From Desulfomicrobium sp. (GTDB taxonomy: Bacteria > Desulfobacterota > Desulfovibrionia > Desulfovibrionales > Desulfomicrobiaceae), in contig JAXGMI010000002.1 in assembly GCA_040768745.1 (NCBI GenBank), positions 736,001-800,000 of the forward strand: a stretch of 64,000 nt of DNA, given 5' to 3'. The notes under the pieces are model-generated. The model ran no database searches. It was not told where the DNA came from and worked only from the letters and a program-made list of their open reading frames with translations. Below are positions 19,032-28,510 of the stretch, piece after piece. Every line of letters starts with the position of its first letter. Position 1 is the first letter of the stretch. The position numbers were made by a program, and so were the translations under genes.

Positions 19032-20135
19032 CTACATGGCCCCGCGCCCGAGGTTCACGCCCGTGGCCTCGGCCGCGCGGATGAGCTGATGGTTCACGGG
19101 AACCGTGCGGCACAGCCCGGCCAGGTCTGCCAGAGGCACCAGCACGATGTCCGGGGTCTTGAGCGCCACCATGGTCCCGAACTCGCCGCGCGCAGCCGCA
19201 TCAACAGCCGCAGCGCCCAGACGCGTACCAAGCACCCGGTCAAAGGCTGTTGGCGAGCCCCCGCGCTGGATGTGCCCCAGCACCGTGGTGCGCACTTCGA
19301 GCGGGATGCGCTCCCTGATCTGCTGGGCCAGATAAAAACCGATCCCTCCCAGCTGCTCCACCCCCTGCAGCCGATTCGCGGCCGAACCCTGGGTGATGCG
19401 CTCGCCTCCCTCCTCCCTGGCGCCCTCGGCGACCATCACTATGCTGAAAGGGCTGCCTCCCCGGATGCGGTGCTGGATCTTGGTCACCACGTTCTCGAGA
19501 TGGTAGGGGATCTCGGGGATGAGGATGATGTGCGCGCCGCCGGCCAGTCCCGCTTCCAGGGCGATCCATCCGGCATTGCGGCCCATGACTTCCAGGATCA
19601 TGACCCGGTCGTGGCTGCGGCCTGTGGTGTGCAGGCGGTCCATGGCGTCACAGGCCACCTGCACCGCTGTCTGGTATCCGAAGGTATAGTCCGTGCCGTG
19701 CAGGTCGTTGTCAATGGTCTTGGGGATGCCGACCACGGGCATGCCCATCTGCGCGAACTTGTGGGCCAGTTCCAGGGTTCCCTCACCGCCGACCACGAAC
19801 AGGCAATCAAGGTTCAGGGAACGATAGGTGCTCATGGCCTGTGCAGACAAATCCCGTACCACCATCGCGCCCTTCCCGTCGAATTCCCTGTAGGCAAAGG
19901 GGTTGCCCTTGTTGGTGGTGCCGAGAATCGTCCCGCCCAGGGTCAGAATGTCCCTGGTGTTGGCGGTGGTCAGTTGCATGGTCCGTCCGAAGATGAGGCC
20001 GTCGAACCCGTTTTCCAGCCCGATGACCTCGGCCTTGTATTGGATGATGGCCGTGCGGGTCACGGCCCGGATCACGGCGTTGAGGCCGGAACAGTCGCCC
20101 CCGCCGGTCAGAATGCCCACGCGCTGCAAACCCAT
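19032..20135 (-). CDS. pfkA: 6-phosphofructokinase (PfkA family, probably ATP-dependent)
   Basis: LTGGGD, GGTILGT, GGEGT (Gly at the ATP/PPi discriminating position), PKTIDND, EVMGR and GHIQRGG motifs. Confidence 0.93.
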   Translation of the reverse strand: MGLQRVGILTGGGDCSGLNAVIRAVTRTAIIQYKAEVIGLENGFDGLIFGRTMQLTTANTRDILTLGGTILGTTNKGNPFAYREFDGKGAMVVRDLSAQAMSTYRSLNLDCLFVVGGEGTLELAHKFAQMGMPVVGIPKTIDNDLHGTDYTFGYQTAVQVACDAMDRLHTTGRSHDRVMILEVMGRNAGWIALEAGLAGGAHIILIPEIPYHLENVVTKIQHRIRGGSPFSIVMVAEGAREEGGERITQGSAANRLQGVEQLGGIGFYLAQQIRERIPLEVRTTVLGHIQRGGSPTAFDRVLGTRLGAAAVDAAARGEFGTMVALKTPDIVLVPLADLAGLCRTVPVNHQLIRAAEATGVNLGRGAM

Positions 20136-20294
20136 GTCTACTCCTTTCCAATGCGCATTTACGAAGCAAAGCCCTAACCAGTTGATATTTCAGGATGCGT
20201 ATGGAATTTGCTTTTTTTAAAAATCTTTAGTCTTTTTTGATCCGATGAAGAAAAGCGACGGTCTCGTCCAGTTCAGAACCAATCGGTTACCTGC

Positions 20295-21986
20295 CTAGCC
20301 CCCGCCTTCCACCGGCTTGAACCTGGCTCCGACCAGCGTGGCCAGAACCACCAGGGCCGTGGAGATGAAGATCATCATGATGCCCAGGGCCGACAGACGG
20401 CCCCACAGGCCGTCCTCGGCGAAGCGCAGGATCTGTACGGCCAGGACCTCCGTGCCCGGCCTGGACAGGACCACCGACAGGGTCAGCTCGCGCACGAACA
20501 TGGTGGCCATGAGAATCCAACCCGAAACCATGCCTGGCACGAGCAGGGGGATGATGATGCGGCGCATGGTCGTCATGCGGCTGGCGCCGCAGACCAGCGA
20601 CGACTCCTCCAGGTGGCTGTGGACCTGGATGAAGGCGCTGGCCATGGGCCGGATGCCGTAGGGCAGGTAGGTGGCGATGTAGCCGATGAGCAGGGCCCAG
20701 ATGGTCGCGTAGAGCGGCGTGCGCACGAAGAACCACATGAAGCCCACGCCGATGACGATGCCCGGGAAGGAGAAGGACAGGAAGCTCAGGGATTCCAGGA
20801 AGCCCGCGGCCCTGGTCCGGACCTTGACGATGGTGTAGGCCACGAAGACCGAGAGGGCCACGCCCAGGGTCGCCCCGCCCACGCCGAGGTAGAGGCTGTT
20901 CTTCAGGGACAGCAGGGAGATGGGGTCCCGCAGGACCTCAATCCAGTGCTTCCAGCTCATGAGCGAGAAGGCTCGGGCGCTGGGCACCATGGAGTACGGC
21001 ACCAGGGACGTGTAGAAAAGCACCGCCACGGGCAGGACGATGAGCACGAACGAAAGCAGCGCCACCGCGGCGAAGAGCGGGTACCTGGCCGCCTTGAGGG
21101 GGATGACCGTGGGCCGGTATCCGCGGCTGGAGATGGTCACGTACTTCTCGCTCTCGGAAGTCAGGGCGCGGTAGACGAAGATCAGCGTGATGGACGCGGC
21201 CAGGACGCTCATGCCCACCGCCGCGGCCTTGCCGTAGTCCGTGGAGAAGCCTGTGGCGATCATCTGGTAGAGGTGCGTGGCCAGGACGTACACCCGGCCG
21301 GGCATGCCGATGACCGACGGCACGGCAAAGGACGCCAGACTCCTGACCACACCGAGGATGAAGGCGGCCAGGATGGCCGGCCGCAAGACCGGCAGGGTCA
21401 CCTGCAGCAGGGTCCGCCAGGCCCCGGCCCCGCAGACCTTGGACGACTCCTCCAGGGCCACGTCGAAGGAGGCCATGGCCGGCGCGATGATCAGGTAGGC
21501 GATGGGCAGGTCCAGGAGACCCTCCACCAGGATCATGCCCCACAGGGAATACACGTTCAGGGGGGAACTCTCCAGGAAGAAGGCCTGCTTCAGGGCCAGG
21601 TTGATCAGCCCGTTGGACGGGTTCAGGAGCAGCGCCCAGCTCACGGAGAACAGGACGTGCGGGATCATCATGGGGATGATGGAGATGACCTTGAACAGGA
21701 ATTTGCAGGGGATGTCCGTGCGGTTGTTCAGATAGGCCAGGAACAGGGCCAGGCCTGTGGCCAGGGTCGAGGAACCGAGGACGAAGACCCCGGTGTTGAG
21801 GATGATCTGGGCCAGGGCCGGGTCCGTGTAGGCGTCGACGTACTTCTGGAGGGTGAAGGTCCCGAAGGCCGTCAGGCCCTCGGAGAAGCTGCCGAGCACG
21901 AGCATGACCACCGGGCAGACGGTCAGGGCGCCGACGATGAGGATCAGGGAAAACGTCAGTTTGGATCGGCTGGAGTCCATGCCCAC
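20295..21986 (-). CDS. ABC transporter permease, fused two-domain FbpB/ThiP/AfuB type
   Basis: Two EAA-like loops (LEESSKVCGA and LEESSLVCGA) and about 12 TM segments. Start is GTG 21986 or ATG 21980. Confidence 0.9.
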   Translation of the reverse strand: MGMDSSRSKLTFSLILIVGALTVCPVVMLVLGSFSEGLTAFGTFTLQKYVDAYTDPALAQIILNTGVFVLGSSTLATGLALFLAYLNNRTDIPCKFLFKVISIIPMMIPHVLFSVSWALLLNPSNGLINLALKQAFFLESSPLNVYSLWGMILVEGLLDLPIAYLIIAPAMASFDVALEESSKVCGAGAWRTLLQVTLPVLRPAILAAFILGVVRSLASFAVPSVIGMPGRVYVLATHLYQMIATGFSTDYGKAAAVGMSVLAASITLIFVYRALTSESEKYVTISSRGYRPTVIPLKAARYPLFAAVALLSFVLIVLPVAVLFYTSLVPYSMVPSARAFSLMSWKHWIEVLRDPISLLSLKNSLYLGVGGATLGVALSVFVAYTIVKVRTRAAGFLESLSFLSFSFPGIVIGVGFMWFFVRTPLYATIWALLIGYIATYLPYGIRPMASAFIQVHSHLEESSLVCGASRMTTMRRIIIPLLVPGMVSGWILMATMFVRELTLSVVLSRPGTEVLAVQILRFAEDGLWGRLSALGIMMIFISTALVVLATLVGARFKPVEGGG

Positions 21987-21989
21987 CCC

Positions 21990-23075
21990 CTAGGCCCCGA
22001 CCAGCAGGCAATGGGCCGGGTCCAGGGTGAAGTGCAGGGCCTCGCCCTCCCTGATGCGGGTGTCCGCGTCCACCTTGGCCAGCAGGTGCTCTCCGCCGGC
22101 CGTGATCTCCATCTCAAAGGCTTCGCCGACAAAGACCAGGGAGTCGACCTTGCCCCGGACCGTGTTGGACCCATCATCCCCTTCGCCCGGGACCACGTGG
22201 ATGAACTCGGGGCGGATGCACAGGGTCACCTCGCCGCCCACAGGAAAGTTCCGCCTCTGGCAGGCGATGACGCCCAGGGGGCTCTGCACCACGGTCGCAT
22301 CTTCCCGCTGACCCACGACCCTGGCCGGGATCAGGTTGGCCCGACCGATGAAGTCGGCCACGAAGCGGTGGTCCGCGTCGAAGTAGATCTTCTGCGGCGA
22401 GCCCACCTCGATGATCCGTCCCGCACGCATGACGGCGATGGAATCGGACAGAGCCAGGGCCTCGACCCGGTCATGGGTCACGTACACGGCCGTGATGGCC
22501 AGTTCCGTCAGGAAGGTGCGCAGCTCCTTGCGTGTCTCCTCCCGCAACTTGGCGTCCAAATTGCTCAGGGGTTCGTCGAAGAGGATGACCTTGGGCTCGG
22601 CCACCAGGGCCCGGGCCAGGGCCACGCGCTGCTGCTGACCGCCCGAGAGCTTAGTGGCCGGGCGTTTTTCGAACCCCTCCAGCTGCACGAACCTGAGGGT
22701 CTTTTCGACCTTTTGGCGGATGACGTCCCTGGGGGTGTTGCGGGTCTGCAGAGGGTAGGCCACGTTATCGAACACGTTCATGTGCGGCCAGATGGCGTAG
22801 GTCTGGAAGACCATACCCAGCCCACGCTGTTCCGTGGGCACGAAGACGCCCTTGTCCCTGGACCAGACCACCTCGTCGCCGATGCTGATCTCCCCGGAAT
22901 CCGGGGACTCCAAACCCACGATGCAGCGCAGCAGGGTTGTCTTCCCGCAGCCGCTGGGCCCCAGGAGGGTGAAAATCTGGTTGGCCGGAATGGTCAGGTC
23001 CACGTTGTCCAGGGCTTTGATGGTCTTGCCCTCGGAAAAATAATGCTTGCTTATGCCTTGAATCCGGATTTCCAT
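21990..23075 (-). CDS. ABC transporter ATP-binding protein (FbpC/PotA-like, TOBE C-terminus)
   Basis: GPSGCGKT, LSGGQQQR, FDEPLSNLD and YVTHD motifs. Confidence 0.94.
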   Translation of the reverse strand: MEIRIQGISKHYFSEGKTIKALDNVDLTIPANQIFTLLGPSGCGKTTLLRCIVGLESPDSGEISIGDEVVWSRDKGVFVPTEQRGLGMVFQTYAIWPHMNVFDNVAYPLQTRNTPRDVIRQKVEKTLRFVQLEGFEKRPATKLSGGQQQRVALARALVAEPKVILFDEPLSNLDAKLREETRKELRTFLTELAITAVYVTHDRVEALALSDSIAVMRAGRIIEVGSPQKIYFDADHRFVADFIGRANLIPARVVGQREDATVVQSPLGVIACQRRNFPVGGEVTLCIRPEFIHVVPGEGDDGSNTVRGKVDSLVFVGEAFEMEITAGGEHLLAKVDADTRIREGEALHFTLDPAHCLLVGA

Positions 23076-23201
23076 GACGGCTGTCCATGATCGGCTCCGG
23101 ATCGAAAGCGGATTCCGGAGGAAAAGAAGGTTAAGCCTGGAGTACGGCCCCAGGGGCCGGGAGAGGCCGTCCGGACCTGAGCCCGGGCGGCCTGCTGCGG
23201 A

Positions 23202-24200
23202 TCACTTCACGTCGAAGATGGCCTGGAACTCGGCTCCCCACTTCTGGATTTCCTCGTCGGAAAGCTCCCGGATGGGGCGGACCTCGGCCTTGTCCATGCC
23301 GTCGATGGGCGGGAAAACCCCGGGGGCCAGGACATATTCGCCCACATCCTTGGCCAGGATGCCCATGGCCTTTCCGGACAGCCAGTAGTCAACGAAAAGC
23401 CGTGCCGCATTGGGGTGCGGGGCTTTGGACGTTACGGCGATGGCTCGGGGGGTGCCGAAGAGGGGCTCTTGGACCCGGGCCCAATCCAGTGGGGCCGGGG
23501 CCTTGGTGATGATGTACTTGGGCATGGAAATGGCGATGAGCTTCTCACCGCTCTCCACCGGCGCGGGAGTGGGGCCGAAGGAGGCCACGAACATGGGCCT
23601 GTTGGCCGCCAGCCCCTTCAGGAACTGCCTCCACTCCTCCTCGCTCTTGAAGACATTGTCCTTCAGGCCCACGAGCCAGGAGATGGTGGTGGCGTGGTTG
23701 GCCGGGTTGGCCATGACGATCTTGTCCTTCCACTTGGGGTCGGCCAGGTCTGCGTAGCGCTTGGGCACGTCGGCGGCCTTGACCAGTTCCTTGTTGTAGA
23801 TGAGGCCCACGTATTCGATGCCAAAAAGCTGAACGGCATCGTCCTTCCTGGTCCATTCGGGATAGCCGGCAGAGGCGGGGGAACTGTAGGACGCCAGGAC
23901 CCCCTTCTGCTTGAGGATCTCCAGCACCGGGAGAGGGCCCTGGACCACGTCGGCCATGAGCTTGCCCGCCTCGAATTCCGTCATGATCGTGGCCACGAAT
24001 TTCGAGGTGGAGATGCGGGTGTATTCCCCCTTGACTCCCGTGTCCGCGGCGAAGGTATCCATGATCGGCTCGACGGACGTGATGTTCGCATAGAACGTCG
24101 CGGTTTTCTCGGCCTTGGCTTTGGCCAGAAGGTCTTGGTCCGCCGCTTGGGCGGCCAGGGCGGTGCAAAGGACCATGATCACGATCAGCATTCTCTTCAC
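23202..24200 (-). CDS. ABC transporter substrate-binding protein (Fe3+/thiamine/sugar-phosphate class)
   Basis: Signal peptide (VKRMLIVIMVLCTALAAQA), YNKELV...DLADPKWK and APHPNAARLFVDY motifs. GTG start after AAGGAGG. Confidence 0.88.
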   Translation of the reverse strand: MKRMLIVIMVLCTALAAQAADQDLLAKAKAEKTATFYANITSVEPIMDTFAADTGVKGEYTRISTSKFVATIMTEFEAGKLMADVVQGPLPVLEILKQKGVLASYSSPASAGYPEWTRKDDAVQLFGIEYVGLIYNKELVKAADVPKRYADLADPKWKDKIVMANPANHATTISWLVGLKDNVFKSEEEWRQFLKGLAANRPMFVASFGPTPAPVESGEKLIAISMPKYIITKAPAPLDWARVQEPLFGTPRAIAVTSKAPHPNAARLFVDYWLSGKAMGILAKDVGEYVLAPGVFPPIDGMDKAEVRPIRELSDEEIQKWGAEFQAIFDVK

Positions 24201-24275
24201 TGACACATCCTCCTTCGGGCCCGACGGGTCCTGCAGTTGTGGGATCACGACAAAACAATCCCGATTATGTGAAAA

Positions 24276-24304
24276 AATCTATCCAACGGGCGAGGTATTG
24301 TCAA
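24276..24304 (-). promoter_or_regulatory. Sigma70-type promoter for the ABC transporter operon
   Basis: TTGACA-N17-TAGATT on the minus strand. Confidence 0.65.
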
Positions 24305-24743
24305 CGAAGCAAATCCCACGGAAACAAAATTACGGTATGGTTTCGGCATATTGCAGACAATTTCCGGGGCATTGCTTGTCGTCCTGAGCCTGGCGGAACT
24401 CCATGATTCCTGGCAGGATTGAAAACCCCACGTCAAAATCTGCTGCGATGATCCGGCTTCTCAGATGAAACCCAGATTTCCTTTCCACGCTGGATCGGAT
24501 CTGAAAACAATTTGTCATCCGAGAATCCTCAAAAGCAAACCTGACCTCGGTCCTTTTGATGGGTGACCCATATCCCTGCATTTTCCTTCTTGACCCTGTG
24601 CGTCGCGCCGCGTCATGCTTCAATCTTCAAATTTTTATGCAGAAACCCGGCCTCGGTGCACATTCCGAACCTGACCCAAGGGTTTTTGCCCCGACAATGC
24701 CTGACAACTGTGGTTCAACGGCCTCACGGAGTTTGCACAGACC

Positions 24744-27080
24744 ATGCTGCCCCTTTTCATTCTCCTCTTCATTGTCCTCGCCGCCCTGGTCCTTTTCATC
24801 GGCGGTTGGCTGCCTGCGGATGTGGTCGGGATCATGGTCCTCGCCGGCCTGGCCCTGTCCGGCCTGGTATCCCCGGAACAGGCCGTGGCCGGGTTCAGCA
24901 GTCCGGCGGTCATCACCGTGCTGGCTATGTTCATCCTCTCAGCCGGACTGACCCGCACGGGAGTGGCCTACCGCATCGGTCAACCCCTTCTGCTCTTCGC
25001 CCGCCAAGGGGAGACCGTGCTGGTCGTCATCCTCATGGCTGCTTCCAGCATTCTTTCGGCTCTCATCAACACCACCACCGTGGCCGTCATCCTGCTGCCC
25101 GCGACCATGGATCTGGCCCGCCGCAGCGGCCTGCCGCCAGCACGCCTGCTCATGCCCATGGCCCTGGGATGCCTGCTCGGAGGGCCTTTCACAGGCATAT
25201 CCACTCCTCCGAACATCCTGGCCACCGACGCCCTGCGCACCGCCGGACTGACGACCTTTGAGATTTTCGATTTCACCCCCATCACCGGCGCCCTGGTTTT
25301 GTCCGGTATTGTTTTCATGGTGGTCTTGGGCATGCGCCTGCTGCCCAGAGGAATAGCGCAAGGAGTGCATAAAAACGGCATCGAAACCTCCTACGAGGTC
25401 GGAACTCACATCTTCACCATCGAACTCCCGCCGACGTCGCCTCTCGTGGGCCGCAACCTTGCTGAAAGCAGGCTGGGCTCGGCCCTGTACCTGACGGTGG
25501 TTGGTCTGCATCGCGGAGGAGAACTGATCCTCTCTCCCAGAACCCAGGAAACACTGCACGCCGGAGATATCATCATTGTCCATGGACAAGCGGACCAGGC
25601 CAGCCGATTCCACGGCAGCCGGCACCTGCAGGTCGAACCAGCCGGACCCGAAACAGGGGAGATCACCCGCCGTCTGATCACGGCCACGGTCCGCATCGGC
25701 AAGGGTTCTCCGCTCCTAGCCCGCACCCTGGTCGAGAGCGGCCTGCGCCGGGACCATCGCGTGCATGTTCTGGCCCTCAATTCCCCGACAGGTGAATGCC
25801 TGGGGGATATCCGCCAACATCGTTTCGAGGAAGGGGACAGACTCATCCTTCAGGGCGAGCACGAAATCCTGGAAAGCCTGACGGACAAGGGGCTTTTCGA
25901 GCCCGAGACACAACTGGCCCAGGACCGGGACGAAACTCGGGCCTGTGAACTGCTCAGCCTCTGTTCCTTGCGGGTGCCTGAAGGGTCGGTGCTGGCCGGG
26001 CGCAATCTGGTGGAAAGCCGCCTGGGCAACGCCTTCGGCCTGACAGTGGTGGGTCTGGTGCGGGACAGCAACGTGACCTGCCTCCCCGCCCCGGAGGAAA
26101 CGGTTCAGGCCGGTGACCTGCTCGTGATCCAGGGTCTGGTGCGGGACATCGAGATCTTCAAAGGACTGCAGGAGCTGGCGATCTCGGAACATTCCTCGCG
26201 GCTGGCCGCCGAACTCGAGTCCCAGCAGGTCGGCATGACCGAGGTGCTGCTTTCCCCCCGCACAACCCTGGCCGGCAAAACCCTCAACGACCTGCTCTTC
26301 CGCGATCATTACGGGCTGAGTGTCCTGGCCGTGTTGCGCAAGGGTCAGACTGCCCGCGCGGGGCTGCAGGACATGCCCCTGCAGTTCGGCGACGCGCTGC
26401 TGGTGTACGGCCCGCGCCAGAACCTGGAAGCCGTGGCCCGGGACGACGACTTCCTCGTCCTGGACCAGGCCGCAGCCCAGGCGCCGCGCCTGCACAAGGC
26501 GCCACTGGCAGCCATCATCATGGTGGCCGTTCTGCTCAGCGCCATCCTGGGGTTCGTGCCCATCGCCATCGCGGCCCTGACCGGAGTGGCGGCCATGGTC
26601 GTCGGCGGCTGCCTGACCATGGAGGAGGCCTACCGCGCCATCGAATGGAAGGTGATCTTCCTCATCGCCGGCATGCTCCCCCTGGGCTTGGCCATCGAAA
26701 ACACAGGAGCCGCGCAGATGGGGGCGGAAGCGCTCATCGGCATGGTGGGCGACCTTGGGCCGCGCTGGGTCGTGGCCGCGTTGTTCGGAGTGACGGTGCT
26801 CGGCACGCAGGTCATCCCCACGGCGGCCCTGGTGGTGCTCATGGCGCCCGTGACCCTCGGCGCAGCCTCCCAGCTGGGCATCTCGCCGCAGCTTCTGATG
26901 ATGACCGTGGCCATGGCCGCCTCGGCGAGCTTCGCCAGCCCCCTTTCCCACCCGGCCCACCTGCTGGTGATGGGGCCCGGCGGATACAGGTTCATGGACT
27001 ACGTGAAGGTTGGCGTGCCCCTGACCGTCGTAGTCATGGCAGTGTCGGTCTGGCTGCTGCCTATCCTCTGGCCCGCATGA
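24744..27080 (+). CDS. SLC13/DASS-family permease with multiple TrkA-C (RCK_C) domains
   Basis: N- and C-terminal hydrophobic blocks (ISTPPN, ASPLSHPAHLLVMGPGGYRF) flanking about four S.L.G..L-type TrkA-C repeats. Confidence 0.88.
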   Translation: MLPLFILLFIVLAALVLFIGGWLPADVVGIMVLAGLALSGLVSPEQAVAGFSSPAVITVLAMFILSAGLTRTGVAYRIGQPLLLFARQGETVLVVILMAASSILSALINTTTVAVILLPATMDLARRSGLPPARLLMPMALGCLLGGPFTGISTPPNILATDALRTAGLTTFEIFDFTPITGALVLSGIVFMVVLGMRLLPRGIAQGVHKNGIETSYEVGTHIFTIELPPTSPLVGRNLAESRLGSALYLTVVGLHRGGELILSPRTQETLHAGDIIIVHGQADQASRFHGSRHLQVEPAGPETGEITRRLITATVRIGKGSPLLARTLVESGLRRDHRVHVLALNSPTGECLGDIRQHRFEEGDRLILQGEHEILESLTDKGLFEPETQLAQDRDETRACELLSLCSLRVPEGSVLAGRNLVESRLGNAFGLTVVGLVRDSNVTCLPAPEETVQAGDLLVIQGLVRDIEIFKGLQELAISEHSSRLAAELESQQVGMTEVLLSPRTTLAGKTLNDLLFRDHYGLSVLAVLRKGQTARAGLQDMPLQFGDALLVYGPRQNLEAVARDDDFLVLDQAAAQAPRLHKAPLAAIIMVAVLLSAILGFVPIAIAALTGVAAMVVGGCLTMEEAYRAIEWKVIFLIAGMLPLGLAIENTGAAQMGAEALIGMVGDLGPRWVVAALFGVTVLGTQVIPTAALVVLMAPVTLGAASQLGISPQLLMMTVAMAASASFASPLSHPAHLLVMGPGGYRFMDYVKVGVPLTVVVMAVSVWLLPILWPA

Positions 27081-27416
27081 CCCCCCGCAAAACGAAAAGC
27101 AAGACTTGAACCGGGCAGAGCAGGACCCTGTTTTACCCATCCTCGCTTCCCCTCGGGACATTTTCTGACGCCCCGCAGGTGCCTGCACACGCCAGCCCCG
27201 ATACCTTGAAGGTTGAATCCTGAATTGTCAGGGGCCGGCGAGCCCCTGCCGCAGCGCTTCCCAGTTTGGCCCTTTCGGGCCTCTGACTGCCATCTTTGAC
27301 ACGGCCGCTGAAATTACATGCAGAGCCACAAGAAAATTCCATATTCAAAATCGCAGGATATCTGTCAAAATGTTATTTTTTGTTATTTTTGTGTTTTTTT
27401 ATGTTAAATTTGTGAG

Positions 27417-27986
27417 GTGTCACGCCAGGAAGCCAAGCGAGCCATCGCCAGCAATGCCGCCGAACTGATCGAGGAAAACAGCTGCATCCTCCTCGACGCA
27501 GGGACCACAACACTCGAACTGGCCCTGCTGCTGCGGAACTTGCACCTGACCGTTATCACAACCGATCTGCAAATCGCCCTCGTCCTCTCCAAATTCCCCA
27601 CAGTCACCGTGTACACCACCGGCGGTTGCGTGGACCGGCTGACCAGTTCCCATGTCGGTGATGCTGCCATTTCCTTCCTTTCCACTGTCCAGGCGGACAA
27701 GGCCTTCATCGGGACCAATGTCTGGGACTGCGGACACGGCGTGGCCACGACATCGTCCGTCAAACAGCATCTCAAACGCCGCATGATGGCCAGCGCCGGT
27801 CAGAGCATATTGCTCGCAGACTCGAGCAAATACGGATTGTGCAGTACATGGCGAGTCGCTGCACTGGCTGACTTCTCGTGTATTGTCACCGACACGGAAC
27901 TTTCCCGTGAACATCAAGAAGAAGTTCGGGCCGCAGGCGGACATTTGCGTCTGGCCAACGGCCTCAATGGCGGGTTTGAAATTTAA
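27417..27986 (+). pseudogene. DeoR/GlpR-family regulator lacking the N-terminal HTH (C-terminal sensor domain only)
   Basis: Begins at EAKRAIA...ILLDAGTTT...TVITT...LLADSSK (DeoRC). No HTH-coding sequence upstream, and the GAGGTG ribosome-binding-like motif overlaps the only start codon. Confidence 0.75.
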
Positions 27987-28005
27987 GGCGGAGGAACGAC
28001 GAACA

Positions 28006-28155
28006 ATGTGCGATGTTGCGGTTATTGCCGACGACCTGACCGGAGCCAACGCGGCGGGCTCCCTCCTTGCGGCCAAAGGCCTCAAGGTGCTGACCAGCCT
28101 CGGGCTAGATGGTTTCATATCCAGCCAATCCGGCGATTTTGACGCTGTCTGCTGA
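28006..28155 (+). pseudogene. N-terminal fragment of a DUF1537 four-carbon acid-sugar kinase (DtnK/OtnK family)
   Basis: GGAGG ribosome-binding site, then MCDVAVIADDLTGANAAG (family signature IADDLTGA). Stops after 49 codons. Confidence 0.8.
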
Positions 28156-28430
28156 CCCTGATCAACATCCTGCTGCCCATCGCCCAAACCATCGGGCTGG
28201 ACCCTCTCCTCCTGGGCATCATCATGGTGGTCAACACGTCCATCGGCATGATCACACCGCCCATGGCCGTGAACCTGTTCGTCGCCCAAGGCATTGCGCG
28301 CGAATACGGGACCACCCTGGAAAGCATCAGCAAACGGATCATTCCCTTCTTCCTGATGGAACTGGTGGTTCTCTTCCTGGTCAGCAATGTTCCGGGCATC
28401 TCTCTGGGCATATTGCAGCTCTTCCGCTGA
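28152..28430 (+). pseudogene. C-terminal fragment of a TRAP transporter large permease DctM
   Basis: LTLINILLPIAQTIGLDPLLLGIIMVVNTSIGMITPPMAVNLFVA...IIPFFL...LVSNVPGISL matches the DctM C-terminus. No start or N-terminal part is present. Confidence 0.82.
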
Positions 28431-28453
28431 TCTTTGCTGGCGGATCGAAATAC

Positions 28454-28489
28454 AAAGGCCTTCCGGCTGCTCCCGGAAGGCCTTTTTTT
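28454..28489. terminator. Intrinsic terminator (possibly bidirectional) between the DctM remnant and metY
   Basis: AAAGGCCTTCCGG-loop-CCGGAAGGCCTTT followed by a T tract. Confidence 0.8.
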
Positions 28490-28510
28490 CTCTCGTCAGA
28501 CAGTGCGATC

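Noticed and set aside
20613..23090. 825-aa plus-strand ORF, and similar long ORFs such as 57320-58972, 25716-27188 and 30255-31601
   Set aside because: These are antisense or shadow frames of well-supported genes. High GC3 suppresses stop codons, and no protein motifs are present.
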